64,000 bases of DNA from NCBI GenBank assembly GCA_029953675.1, contig JAMWBK010000001.1:3348001-3412000 (forward strand), given 5' to 3'. Of this stretch, positions 24,318 to 36,506 are shown piece after piece (positions within the stretch are counted from its first letter, which is position 1; each line of letters starts with the position of its first letter). The position numbers and the translations under genes were made by a program. Source of the DNA: Rhodosorus marinus CCMP1338 (lineage: Eukaryota > Plantae > Rhodophyta). The notes below the pieces were generated by a model, which saw only the letters and a list, made by a program, of their open reading frames with translations, had not been told where the DNA came from and searched no databases.

Positions 24318-24811
24318 ATGGTAAGTAGGGAACGTCCAAAAACCGAGCGCTTTTATTTGATTCCATTTGGTGTGGGGTGTGCGTTTAAGTTTTGATGTGG
24401 TGGGGGTGGTGGGGGGACGCGGGATCGTTTACGTTTTCGGAGTTAGAACGTGTGCGAACGATGCTTTTTTGGTCCTTTCGAGAGGGATTTTTGGTTTGTG
24501 ACGTTTAGCTGTTATTTAGATGTGTTGGACACGCCTTGCTGTGGTGTTGAGGGCGCACTATGTTTGGTTAGTACGGGGTTATTGTGCAATTGGTGACTGG
24601 ATGGCTGAATACGTTTGCTCCTTTTTTTGCTTCTTGTGCTCTCGTTCACCTCATTTAGCCGAGCCATAAGACATTCAAGATCAAGGTGAAGCTGGCCAAG
24701 AAGGCCCGACAGAACCGACCTGTTCCGAACTGGTTCAGATACAAGACTGACAACACAATTCGCTATAACACGAAGAGGAGACACTGGAGGCGTACCAAGC
24801 TCGGATTCTAA
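24318..24811 (+). CDS. RPL39: 60S ribosomal protein L39 (eL39); ATG-only first exon and 338-nt intron
   Basis: ATG (24318-20)|gtaagt ... catttag|CCG; exon 2 (24659-24811) encodes [50 protein letters not shown]. It is absent from the supplied ORF track. Confidence 0.97.
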
Positions 24812-25358
24812 TTGTCTGGTGTCGAAGGGAAGGATTTGTCCTTGTATGAGCTCTGATGCTGAGTTGATCGTGCCATCCTTTCCCGATGTGCGAATAGGCC
24901 TGTTGAGGTAATCCCTTCAGGGATTTTATTTTGTTTGACTTTCTAGGCAGAGTCTTAAGAATTGCGAGCCTGTCAAAGAGAGAAATAAAGTACTTGAAAG
25001 AAACTTCTCTTATGCTCTAAGGAGCTTCATCACTGTTCATAATATGCGCCTGCTTTCCAAGCGAGAACGTCGGCAGCTGCCCCGGATACGCCACAATGAA
25101 ACGCGATGAATGTGATCGCGGTCAGCTCTGCCATAGAGTGGCCACCTTTCTCCTTTGATAATCATGTACATTTACAACCCAACCATATCCGGGTGTTTTC
25201 ACCTCCGCTATTTATCTGCAGGGCGCAGACTCTGTGTTGTCCTAGAGGCAACAACAACGTCCAGAGCAAGCATGCTGGAAGTTCTATAATACCTCAAGCT
25301 TGTTTCTTGTGCTTGGCTCAGCGTCAAGCGGTTCCACTTCTGAAAAAAAAACCGTCTC

Positions 25359-25664
25359 CTAAACGCTCCATCCTCGAGGCCGAATCCGTCTCTTCGGTGG
25401 GGCCTTCTTATCCGTTTCGACTTTACCCCTAGGCATCTTTGTGAGGACAAAATCACCAAGCTTATGGCCAACCATCTCCGCCTCGACGTTCACCTCGCAA
25501 AACCATCTTCCATTATGAACCAGGATCTTCTTACCAATCCAGTTCGGGATTATCGTCGACCTTCTCGTTCCAATTGGTGGATCCCCCGTCCCCATGTCCT
25601 TTAGAGGATCAAAGAACGGGGGCTTATATCTCGCACGACCCAACAAGATTCTTGCGGCTCTCAT
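25359..25664 (-). CDS. rps19: ribosomal protein S19 (uS19), bacterial/organellar type, probably mitochondrial
   Basis: RRSTIIPNWIGKKILVHNGRWFCEVNVEAEMVGHKLGDFVLTK matches the uS19 signature (R.STI.P..VG....VHNGK.......MVGHKLGEF..TR). Short Arg-rich N-terminus MRAARILLGRAR. Confidence 0.9.
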   Translation of the reverse strand: MRAARILLGRARYKPPFFDPLKDMGTGDPPIGTRRSTIIPNWIGKKILVHNGRWFCEVNVEAEMVGHKLGDFVLTKMPRGKVETDKKAPPKRRIRPRGWSV

Positions 25665-26218
25665 CTTCTACTTTTCTCGACAGTACTTTCCTCAAGTTCC
25701 CCCAATTCTTCCCACTTGTCACTCATCAAGTTTCGAACTTTTACCAAAACCCGCCTTCTCCGCGAAACAGCCAAATCTTTGCATCCGTAGCGACCGCCAT
25801 GAAGCAGCATTTGCTAAGCCAAGCAAAGCACGGGCGAGGATCTTGGGCGAGGTACTAGGTCTCCTTGACGCCACATACCATCTACAATGGGCAGATTAAA
25901 GACTCGATCCAGGATGCACGAGTCCAATAGCCGAGGTGGTGGACTGTACAGGAATGGTCACCATGCCCTAAGATCGCTGAATCGGTGCGCATGGATGTTT
26001 AGGTTGATGCGGGGCAGTCTAATCGAGTCTTCGAAAGCCATGGAATGCGTGACACGCAGTACTTGTGCGTGTGACTCCTGGGAGAGCCTAAGCGAGTCGA
26101 CTTAGTTCGCATCACGGCCGCAGCTGGTCGGTAAGGTCTTCGAGCGAGTCTGAACAAGATACTCGTCAGAAGCTAGACGATGATGGAACCTTTTTTGCTG
26201 AGTTAGAAACAACCATCG

Positions 26219-26895
26219 TTAGTTCCAACCGAAGACGCACGTGCGCGATCTCTCGGCAACGCTCATTTTTGGAGCGGATTGCGCATGTTCGTGGAATTTT
26301 GAAATACGATTCCCCTGCAGCACTAGCTTCCCTGGTCCTTCAAAGGGAATGGGTATCCGGCCTGTGGAGTGAAAGGATTGGCAGACGCTGGCCTCTACAT
26401 ACAACCCAGTTCCAACCCTTCTTTGGTCAGTTAGGATAGCGGAAGTTCTGGTTATCACGCGTTCCGATTTACATCGATAGTAGTTTCGCATCCGTATGAT
26501 ATCCGATTCGCGCGCATCTCCACTGGGCTAGCCGGTGGGCCAGAAGCGACAGGTCGGACCTCTCGAGGCTACCTTGCTCTGGGATCGTAGTCCTTTCGTC
26601 CACAGTTGCAGCCGTGAAACACACATGCATGGTCTTTCTCGGACTGACAGTGATCCAACGTTGCAAGCACTTGAATACCTGGTGAGATTGACACCCAGGT
26701 GCTTGTGACTTTGATTCCAGCCCTAATTTGTTTCACTTTGAATCCATTAGACAGACACTGCATCCTCGACTCCATCCTATCCTCTGCTGGTTTCAGGAAG
26801 ATATCGTCAAGGTGGACTACGTCTGTGGTCAGACTCAGGACACCAAGGAGCTGTGAACACCTGGTGTTCCTCGACCCTGTGCTATGTCCGTTCAT
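26219..26895 (-). CDS. orphan two-exon (or more) protein with a Cys/His cluster
   Basis: ORF 26569-26895 joins ORF 26219-26491 in frame via a short gtagcc...gcccag intron (PRA-SGDARESDIIRMRNYY). The 5' end is unresolved. Confidence 0.4.
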
Positions 26896-28315
26896 GTCTC
26901 AATGACTTTTTCCCACTATCAGGACAAAGAAACTGAGCTGGAGCTCTGAATGCGCGTGAATCAGTCTGATCATCACCAACACTGAATGTTCATATGCTGT
27001 AACGATCAAATAACACATGTTCAACTAGATAATCCTATAGAAACGCATGGCCGTATAGGACACGCGCAGAGCTGCACTGAACATCCAGAGTCTCTATCCT
27101 ACAAATTACAAGAGTTTCCGTTCTGGATGAGCGGGTACTCTACCCTCTCCACAACATGGGACGTCACGAACAATCAAATAATCGTCAACAAAATGTCATC
27201 TCTGGTCACATCCACCTCAGTAGGGCTGTCGGACACTGCCAGAAAGTGAGCGAAAAAGATCTCACTAGGCATCGGCTGCTCTCAGACGACTTTACTGAGC
27301 TGTTAGATCTGTACGTCAAGGTTAGACTCTACCTCAACGCTCGGCGCCCGGCAGGATAGTCAATGCCCCTCACCACTCCGAGCGAGGCAATGTGTCCCAA
27401 ACATTCCGCTGTCAAAAGCAACGTACTAACCTCCATTTCCCTCCCCCCACGCCGGAGCCAAAAAAACCTCACCGAACGGACACTACACACAAATCCATTC
27501 GAAATAATCGAGTTTCAACGATCATGCCAGAACCTTCCATTCCAGAACCCACCCCCTTACACTCCCCCAAAAAAAAGTACTCCGTCAGTAATATCCGTAT
27601 ACGGGGTGGGAAACAAGCATAGTTTTATTATCTGTAGTTTACCCCCCCTTAAAACATCATCTACAATTTCCCAGTTTTTCAATATCCAGAAGACATTTCA
27701 AATATTTCGTTTCAAAATCTAATCTTACCCCACCTCCCCATTCCGAATCCATCAAACTCCTTACCGCCACGAGCAATATTCCCTAAATTATCGAAGAAAA
27801 TTCGAATAGTTATGAACTACATTTGCTCGGTTACCTCCAGCACAACTGGAACAGTGGTATTTCTTGAATCGCATTTATTCTTCAATCATGACAAACCCTG
27901 AAGCATGTTTTCGGAAACGGATTTTGATGGTATTATGATTATTTTTGAAACAGGGTGAATTAGGTTGACGAGAAACTCCGTTGGGTGGTTGGAAGTTTCC
28001 ATTTGGTTAGGAAGGACGTGAAAGCTAATATGGGGTTTACTTTTTTGGAGGGAAGAGGGGGGGGGGGGAGGAGGTGGAGATAGGAAGCGTTGAGTTGGTG
28101 GAAAGGACTTTTCTCTATTGTTTTCTTTTTATATGTGCGGGAGGAGAACAGAAGTGAAGACGTAGCATGTTTTGGCGATGTGCATAAAAAGGAATCATCC
28201 ATTTTGAAGTTTAAAAGTTGCTTTGGGGGAGGGCGCGTTTTTACTAGTGAAGAGAGTTTCGAGAAGATAATGGGAGGGAATTTGTGATCATCGAGTGTCG
28301 AGCTTTTGTAAAATT

Positions 28316-29694
28316 ATGAGTAAAGCGATGGGAGTGAGGAAAGTTGTATTAGTTGGTGGGGCGATGGTTGCTGGGGTGACCCTTGCCCAGGCGGCGAACT
28401 TGTGGCTGAGCTACCAGTCACCACCGGATCCCGCTGGTCCTCAGTTTGGTTTGGAGACTTACAAAGCTAAGACCTCTGAGTTGTCCCACCAAGGACGGGT
28501 GTTAGTAGACGGGGTGGCCGAAAAATACAAGGCGAAGAAGATGGAGCTGGCGGAACAAGGGAGAAACCTGGTTGACGGAATGTCGGAAACCTACAAGGCA
28601 AAGAGCATATTTTTCCGGGAAGGAGTTCGTGCGATGTGGCAATCAGTCTCCAGACCTGAAGACCATGCACAGAGAGACGACTTCATGATAGCCTTGCAGC
28701 GAGCAGTCGCCAGGTTGAAGGGATCAGAAAGGAAAGTAGACTCGGCGGAAAGCAATGAAGGACCTGCAAAGCAAGCAAAGGCCCGCAGAATATTGTTTAT
28801 TGGTGATTCTCTCGTTCAAGGGGTTGGCTGTGAGGACGGAAACGGCCCAACCTTGCCCCGGAAGGTCGCCGAGTTTCTCGCGGATAAGTGGAAAGTGGAC
28901 GTGAGCTGGCGCGCGCTGGGAATATCTGGTGGGGATGTCCGCCAGCTTCGGGAGGAAGTTCTTCCCCTGCTGCAGGAGGATGTTACAGTAGTGAAGTCGC
29001 AGAGAACACGTTTGCTCTCCGAGGATAGCGACAAGGAGCTGCTGTCCAGACCGCCAGTTGATGCGGTATTTTTGGTGGTGGGCCTCAACGATTGGAAAAA
29101 AGCTGTACGAACCGGGCGCTCATGGCGGTCTTTTCGAGAAGACCTCCATGAACTGGTCAGGGACATTAAGGAAATTTGCGGCGAAGACTGCACAGTGGTA
29201 AGTTGAAAATAGTTTTCTCGTTCCGAAGGAAGTCTTTGGAGTACTGAACGGCGAGCTTGCTCTTCCGCCCGCGTTTTCAGGTCCTACCGTCGCTACCAGG
29301 AGTAGATTTTGCGCCTTTATTTAGGGAACCCCTGAGATCTCTCCTACGTGTCATGAATGGAAGATGGGACGAGCAAAAGAGGTACCTCGCTGAGAACCTG
29401 AAGCAAGTTCATTTCGTGGACAAGCCCACCCTCAAGTTTTGGGGAACTACCAGTGCGGAAGTCAGCGACGAGATGTTCTGCAATGACCGTGTACATCCCA
29501 ATGAAAAAGGGTAAGTCGTGCAAAGTCGTTTAGCTGTGAAGCCTCACCTGTCCCTTGCCGAATTCTCATAACAACTCACTAGTGTATCTTGGATTTCTTC
29601 GTTCAGTTATACAAAATGGGGCGAATATCTGGCAGAGAGTCTCTCCAATGCCTTTCGTCCGGAGTCCAAGAAATCTGACATCGTTGATGCATAG
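28316..29694 (+). CDS. SGNH/GDSL-like hydrolase with N-terminal membrane anchor, 3 exons
   Basis: Block I ILFIGDSLVQGVG, block II LGISGG, block III VGLNDW, block V NDRVHPNEKG-Y. Introns gtaagt...ttttcag and gtaagt...gttcag; TAG at 29692-29694. Confidence 0.9.
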
Positions 29695-30921
29695 CGACTA
29701 TGTGGGAGTTATTGTATTCTTGTACAATGAAACTAACAACTAAATTAACCGGCAAAAAAAGCTTTTTTTCAAGCACGTTTGGCGATCCACCCGCAAAATC
29801 GACAGGTAAATCCTCAAGAAATTCGGCACAGCGAAGCTACTAGCGTCAGGAGATGCTCCAATTTTCTCAAAACCTTCTCAAGGCCCCGTCCCTCACCAAG
29901 CTGTTCCTAGACCAGAACGGCGAAACCGGACTTGTGAAAAACTGGTAATCAGTGACTCGTTGTCTATGGCTCACATAGTCCAAGTGTGAGGACGGGGCAA
30001 CTTGACCACCGACTGCGCGTCAGTTGTTCTGCAACTACTTAGTACATTACACCCACCACTAGGCTGCTTACTAGCATCCAAGCCCTCCGCAGTGCGCCTC
30101 AGAAATGCGCCAAGCGCGATGTCCTCTAAAGACTAGCAACGGTGAATGATCAATTCCATTCATTGGTGAGAATTGACATTTGTCACTTTTTTGTTGGTCA
30201 CAGCGTTATTCTGAATAAGAAACACACAAATTATTTATCGACAGCTGTCCATCATTTTCCCGCTTGCCGAAACCACTCCAAGACTTACATGTCATGGCTT
30301 CCAGTCCCTTTTTAGCATAAAAAATCAAGGCCTGGATCAATGTACTTATAACTGATTACGATTTTCATCACTAAGAACTGGACCGCTTTTGTCCCAAAAC
30401 ACGAATTTAAAATTTCATTAGTATTTTCGTCGCTCCTTGGAAACTGTACCAAACAGCATTGCCATGAGATATGGATTAGGAGCAGGAAGGAATGGGGGGG
30501 GTTAGTTTTATCCCACCACGAGATTTGTACTGTATATGTGAAAAATATCGAAGCTAAACTGGTAGAGAACAATGAAGTCGTCACTGGGGTAAAGATTTCC
30601 AATTCGGCAGGACATGCGATGTTTCTTCTTAAAACCATTTGCGGAAATTTCGGAGGTTTAGTTTGCCGAAAGCGCGGGGGTGTGGGGTGTAGGGGGGGTT
30701 ATCAAAAATAGCGTTTGATGATGTTTCAAAACCAATATCTCCCGAAAAATCTTTGATTCAACATATTTAGTGAAAGAGGACTGGGGCTTTGGAATTTTGC
30801 AACCCCCCCCTTGTCAGTTCGAAAAATTTTGTTTTTGCATTATTATACATCAATCGGGGCGTCGATGTAAGACTCCCCTTCACTCCCGAAGAGGTGAGAG
30901 CGATTAGGTCTGGTTTTGAGG

Positions 30922-32786
30922 ATGAAGGTCCTGCGGAGTAGGTCGGTGAGGGCTGTGGGGGAAGGATTTGATGGAAGGTCAAGTACTAGTTTGTCTTGTT
31001 TTTTAAGATTTTGATGGTACATTTTAGAAAGGAGGGAATTCGAAGGAACGATCCCTTTCTTGTTTGAGTTCCAGTGCAGGTGGCTTGGTTGAAAGTCTAG
31101 CCGTTCAGCTGGTGGTAGACTTCGATGTGGCTGCGCCTGAGTCTGTGCAGGCAGCGTTCTTCTTTGTTTCGCGAAGGTGACTTGGTCACCGGGGCTCACA
31201 GAAAGGTAATTTTTGGCTTGTTGAGAGGCTGAGGGACGGAATGGGTCTGCCCGGTTCGGAGGTGTTTGCAGATCAAGAATCCATTGCGAGTGGGGAGTGG
31301 AGTAGAGTAGGAGAGCAACGGGTCGGGTTTATGTCAGTTGGAGAGCTCAGGGCGATGGCTTTAGCACGTGCGAGAGCTCGTCAGTGGTGCGACCTTTCCT
31401 CAAGGACGCTGACGTCTCTTTCCGGAGTACCTCTGGGGAAAATGCCCGCCGTCGAGCCCCTTGGGGGAATAGCGAAAGGTATGCTTTCCCGGCCGATGAC
31501 GCTGGACCTGATCTGTTTTCCGCTTCAGCGCTATTCTGACCTGAGAGAAACCTACCGTCTTTCTGGAATTGTGGAACATTCAGAAATGCGAAAGTTGTCG
31601 GTGATGGAGATGCGGCAGAAGGGAATGGAAAAAAATGTACATATCACGAATCGGGACAGTCTAGGTGAGTTTGCCTGTCATCGCATGCGTTGATGGCCGC
31701 CCAAGTAGTCCGCTGAATCGAGTCGCCTGTGTCACCTTTCAGTGTCGGCTTTGGCTGGCGCTCAGATGCCTGGATCGGAGAATACAAGAATTCCTATCGT
31801 TCCAGGAGGTGTACCTAGTACTCTTTCGTCGAAGACTTCACGGAGAGAAAGGAAAAGCATGAAGAAACTAACAAAGCCGAGATCGTCGCCTGTGGAGTCT
31901 GCCGATGGAGTTAGTGAACTAGCTGAGAAGTTGCAAACGGACTTGGACTTGAACGTCGCAAAAGACAGTCCGGACGAGGAGAACCCTGAAATCCTTATGT
32001 GCCGGAACTGGCTATCTTGGTATTTCACTGTCGAGCAGCGACAGTTCCGAAAACGTAGAGACGAATTCTCGAATGTTCTCTTTACAATTTTCGATTATAA
32101 CGTGAGCGGTCCCCGATCCAAGCAGCGTTTCGCTGCTCTTGGAGATGAATGTGTTACCCTGCATCTTGGAGCGCTGATCTGAACTCTTTCTTGTCATTTA
32201 GGTAACTGAAAGCAACCTCGGGGACCGCGTATCCTTGGAATGGAACAAACGCTTTAACACAACGGCGGGAATGACCCACTTTCGAATGAAGAAGATTAGC
32301 AAAGAAAGATATGCCGGAATCGTGTTGTCGACGAAGGTCTTGGACTCTCCTCTAAAACTATATCGCACTTTAGCGCACGAGATGTGCCACGCTGCGCAGT
32401 GGGTGATCGATGGCAAGCCAAAACCTCCGCACGGTAAGCCAGGACTGTCATCCGCAGCAAATTGTGATTCGAGGGCTCGTGGACGGACAGCCGTAGCTAA
32501 ACCCTGGTGGTATTGGAATCAATCATTTTACCCCCTTATTGCAGGAGCGCCGTTCAAGAAATGGGTTAAGTGCTTTCGGATGTTCGATCCGTCTCTGGAC
32601 ATTACGACCTGCCACCAGTACGATATTGACTACAGGTACAAATTCGAGTGTGAAGCCTGTCGACACACGTATGGACGACACAGCAAGTCGATCGATGTGA
32701 ACAGAAAGGTTTGCGGAAACTGTCGGGGCAAGCTACGCCTGCTACCCGCCGAACGAAAAGCTAGGAGGCCTAGTGCCCCAGGGTAG
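30922..32786 (+). CDS. GCNA: SprT-like metalloprotease (GCNA/ACRC-like) with C-terminal Zn ribbon
   Basis: WNKRFNTTAG, IVLSTKVLDSPLKLYRTLAHEMCHAAQW (HExxH), PHG-APFKKW, ITTCHQYDIDYRYKFECEAC..YGRHSKSID..VCGNCRGKL. Start and stop are approximate; a further 3' exon (FILFHKE) is possible. Confidence 0.85.
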
Positions 32787-34605
32787 TCGAGGAGAGCCAG
32801 TGCCGAAGTGCAACCCTGTGTAGATTTATACTGTTTCATAAGGAGGACAATTTATATCCTGCTAGAACGCGAATTGTGGATTCGCTGTTTTTTTACGCGT
32901 TATCGTCACATCCTATTAGATTGCCCTGTACGGTCGATAGGGGTGACTAGCGAATGGTCTGTGTCGACTTGATCTATGTATGCGGAAAGCAGTGATGAAT
33001 GACTAAATAGTAGTGAACTTATTGTGCTGAATCATAAGGTGCCTCTGATCGCTTCACCCCAGCAGTGTCCGGTGCGGGATCTCGCTGCTACTCTTGAAAG
33101 GTTTCCGGCCTGCTAAGCTGCGCTAGATGTGCGGGCGTTGCTTACCCAGGGCTCCAGGAGCCAAGAGCCGGAGAAGGTTCTTGGCTCCGGGAAGCAACGC
33201 CTGCTGGCCAACAGTTCCAGTGACAGACAAAAAGATGTTCTGAAGCGCTTAATGCAACCCACACCCCAGGACGATGCTCCACCCAAAAAGCCCAAACTGG
33301 GCAACTCCCAAACTCTCCTTGGCGTTCAGTTTTTAAACCCAACCCATATTTCGAATACTCAAACAACAAGAAGCATTTCGAAAAATACAACAATCGATTT
33401 CCAAAAAAAGCATAAACAGAATATCTATCCATAAACAAGAAAATACCATATATATTTACGATACAAGTTCTTCGTCAATCTTGCCCCCCCTATCAGAAAC
33501 TTCATAGTAATCTGCGTTTCATTATTTAAGAATATTTTATGGCCGTCAGGAGATTCAAACAACTCCACCACAGCCCTCCACAGTAACCGAACCAGATTAC
33601 CGGCTTTTCCGCCCCTCTCGCAAAAAATCAGCCGAAACCAAATGCTGATTCCTCCCACTACGGCGCAAAAAGCAAATAGTTGTCAAAACATTAATCAATA
33701 CGAATATTACGTTCTTTAGTATGGAATCTACTCCCCCCCCCCTTTCTAATTTTCTATTATAAAGAATTCCTTAACCCCTCGGTAGCTTTTTTTTCCACGA
33801 AATAGAAGAAGCGAAATTTGCGCGCCAAAAACTTTCTTTCCAAAAAACGAAAACCTGAAAAGATACCAAAAACACAAACACCATGAATGCCGAAAGCCCT
33901 GATTTGGCCACCCGACGAAGTACCCCCCAAAATATACTCCAAAGCCCGCTTCTTTTTTTTGTTCTTGAGGCGAAATTCTCCCCTCCCGTTTCCAGTTGTT
34001 AATATTGGCCTTCAAATCTAGAAATACGGCAACCCCTATTAATAATCAACAATATATATTTCAAGGAAGAAAAAAGAACGATATTTGTATAGAAAGCGTC
34101 CCTAGGAGGGGGAAATATTTTAAATTTTTGGACTCAGTACGGTCGATGGAAAAAGGGGGGAGGCGTAGTTTACTGCGGAATCGAAGTTGTTGTTTTAATG
34201 GGCAGCTTCGATGTGATCTTTTTGAGGGAAAGTCAGGATGGGTTGAATCTGGTTTTCGATTTCGAGGAGACGGACTTGGGACGGAAGGGTAAGGAGGGGG
34301 GGGTGGGAGGTGGATTGGTTGTCGTAGCGAGGTGGTGGGGAAGGGACGCGCTCTGAGAAATAATTTATCGGTATACTTCGGTTCGGGGTATTTGGTGCCC
34401 TGGACTGTGTTTCTGGGGAGGCCTTTGTCGGTGCCCGGGGGCTGGAGGGGGGGAGGGCCTAGCTTTGTGAGGTGAGAATGTTGGTCGGATTCTCCTCGTG
34501 AGGTGAATATGTTTATTCTGGTGTCGTAGAGGACATTCTAGGTTGTTATTTTAGCTTTTTTGTTTTGGTGGGAGCGGAGGTGAGCTTGTGTTTGAAGGAG
34601 ACGCG

Positions 34606-36506
34606 ATGGCGGCCGCAAAGAAATGGGAAATGGTTGAGCAAAAGTTCTTGTCTGGGGACCCAGTATTTTTCTCGGGGGAGTTGGTCAAGGAATCCACTAG
34701 GATGAGACGACACAAGGTCAGGTATTTTCGTCTCGTAGATGGTGCACTTTACAATTACAGAAGGAAGGTATGCAAAGATGAAGCTCATCGTGCAGACGAA
34801 CTGGACAACTGCGTCCTCGTTTTCACATCGGATCTTTAAACGAACGATTACTGTCCGTATTCTAGGGTGAGACACCTACCAAAGTGTACAGTGTCATCGA
34901 TGGTAAGCTATCCTTGCCTGATGAGGATGGCATAGCACTCCACATGGCGGACGGGACAGAGCTCGTTCTCAGAAGTAAAGACTCGGAATATACACGAAGC
35001 TGGGCTGACGCGCTTATGAGGGCATCGAAGAGAGTAAGCTCAAACGGATCCATGCAGAGCCTGCCGCTTTGCTATGAGATCGAGAAAGATCCTCTCCTCG
35101 AACTCTGCAATTGGAATATAGCCGGCATAACTGATCACCTGTGTTTTTCTACTCAACTCCTTCCTGTGTTTTTGATACAGAAAATCGGCCGTTTCTATGG
35201 TATTCATGGAATCATTGGGGCCGGTGCGTTTGCCGAGGTGCGATTGGCTTACGTAAAGAATACTGGAGAGCAAGTTGCTGTGAAGATCATGCGCAAGAAC
35301 AAGAATGATCAAGAGCTCATGACTGCTGTAAACTGTGAGCTCAAGTTCGTCAGTAGGAACATTGTGCATAAAAACATTGTTGCCACGTAAGTGCAGTCCT
35401 CTACAATGAGCGGCGACCGGTTCTTCCACAGTGCACGTTCTAACTGCTCTCTGTTGCTCCGTTCCTCGTCCTCAATAGATATGACGTCATCAATACAAGA
35501 GAAATTCTGTTTATAGTCATGGAATACATGAAGGGAGGTATGCTTTATGACGTATTGGCAGAGGAGAAAATGCTCTCCGAAAAGGTGAGATCTCTAATAG
35601 AGAAGGTTGCAGTCAATCTAACTAATAAAGGCGGACGGTTTGTAGAAATGTTCGTACGGGGCCTGAAACTCACTCCTTGTAACGCTGTGGAACCTTCTCA
35701 GAAAGCAAGCATCGTCATGAAGTCCCTGCTGGAAGCACTGGGCTATTTGCATGAGAATGGCATCGTGCACCGTGATGTGAAGCCGGAGAACGTGCTTTGC
35801 TCAGGACGAGAATGGCCTCTTACGATCAAGCTTGCTGATTTTGGTCTCGCGGATGTGATCATGGAGGACACCTTTGGGGACAAGACAGCACGGGGAATGT
35901 ACGGGACACCTTTCTTCGTTGCTCCTGAGGTTATCAGAGGCGAGGCTTACGGGCCCGCGGTGGACATATGGTCGTCCGGAGTGCTCCTCTACAACATGCT
36001 GTCAGGTATGAGAAAGACGCGAATATATGCGTATTGCAATTCGCAAGCATCTCACTGGAAATGGATCACTTTGTACAGGTCAACTGCCCTTTGAAGGAGG
36101 AAGTTTAGCAGAAGTTTTGAAACGAGTTAAGGCTGGTCACGTAGAGTTTCCAGAGAAGAAATGGGGGTCAATTTCAGATGAGGCGAAGAACTTCATCCGG
36201 GGGCTGCTTCGTTTCCATCCCGGAGAAAGACTCTCTGCGAAGCAGGCACTAGCAGATCCTTGGTTCACGTTGGCGCAGACACGGAAGGAGAGGATCCTTG
36301 GACACGACATGTCACAGATGATGACGAAGGAAGCGAAAGGAATGAGGAGCTCGGTCGCTATAGAGGACATCGAAGGGCTGCTTCGGGACGCTGTCGCAAG
36401 CCAGAAGGAGAAGAGCGATTCCGGGCCTCGACTTTTTGGGTTCAAGATTTACCGACAGAACTCGGAGAGCAGCAAAGTATCTCGAAGCGCAGCGACAGAA
36501 ACGTAG
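34606..36506 (+). CDS. PH-domain Ser/Thr protein kinase (CAMK-like), multi-exon
   Basis: PH segment FSGELVKESTRMRRHKVRYFRLVDGALYNY ... WADALMRAS. Kinase motifs GAGAFAEV, VAVK, HRDVKPEN, DFG, GTPFFVAPE and VDIWSSG are all intact. Confidence 0.93.

Noticed and set aside
26474-26491. RNYYRC resembling the WRKY zinc-finger segment
   Set aside because: There is no WRKYGQK-like motif and no downstream C/H ligands at WRKY spacing.
30060-30095. Minus-strand hairpin ending AGCAGCC resembling SRP RNA helix 8
   Set aside because: It lacks the GNRA loop, the 5' CAGG partner, helix 6 and the Alu domain.
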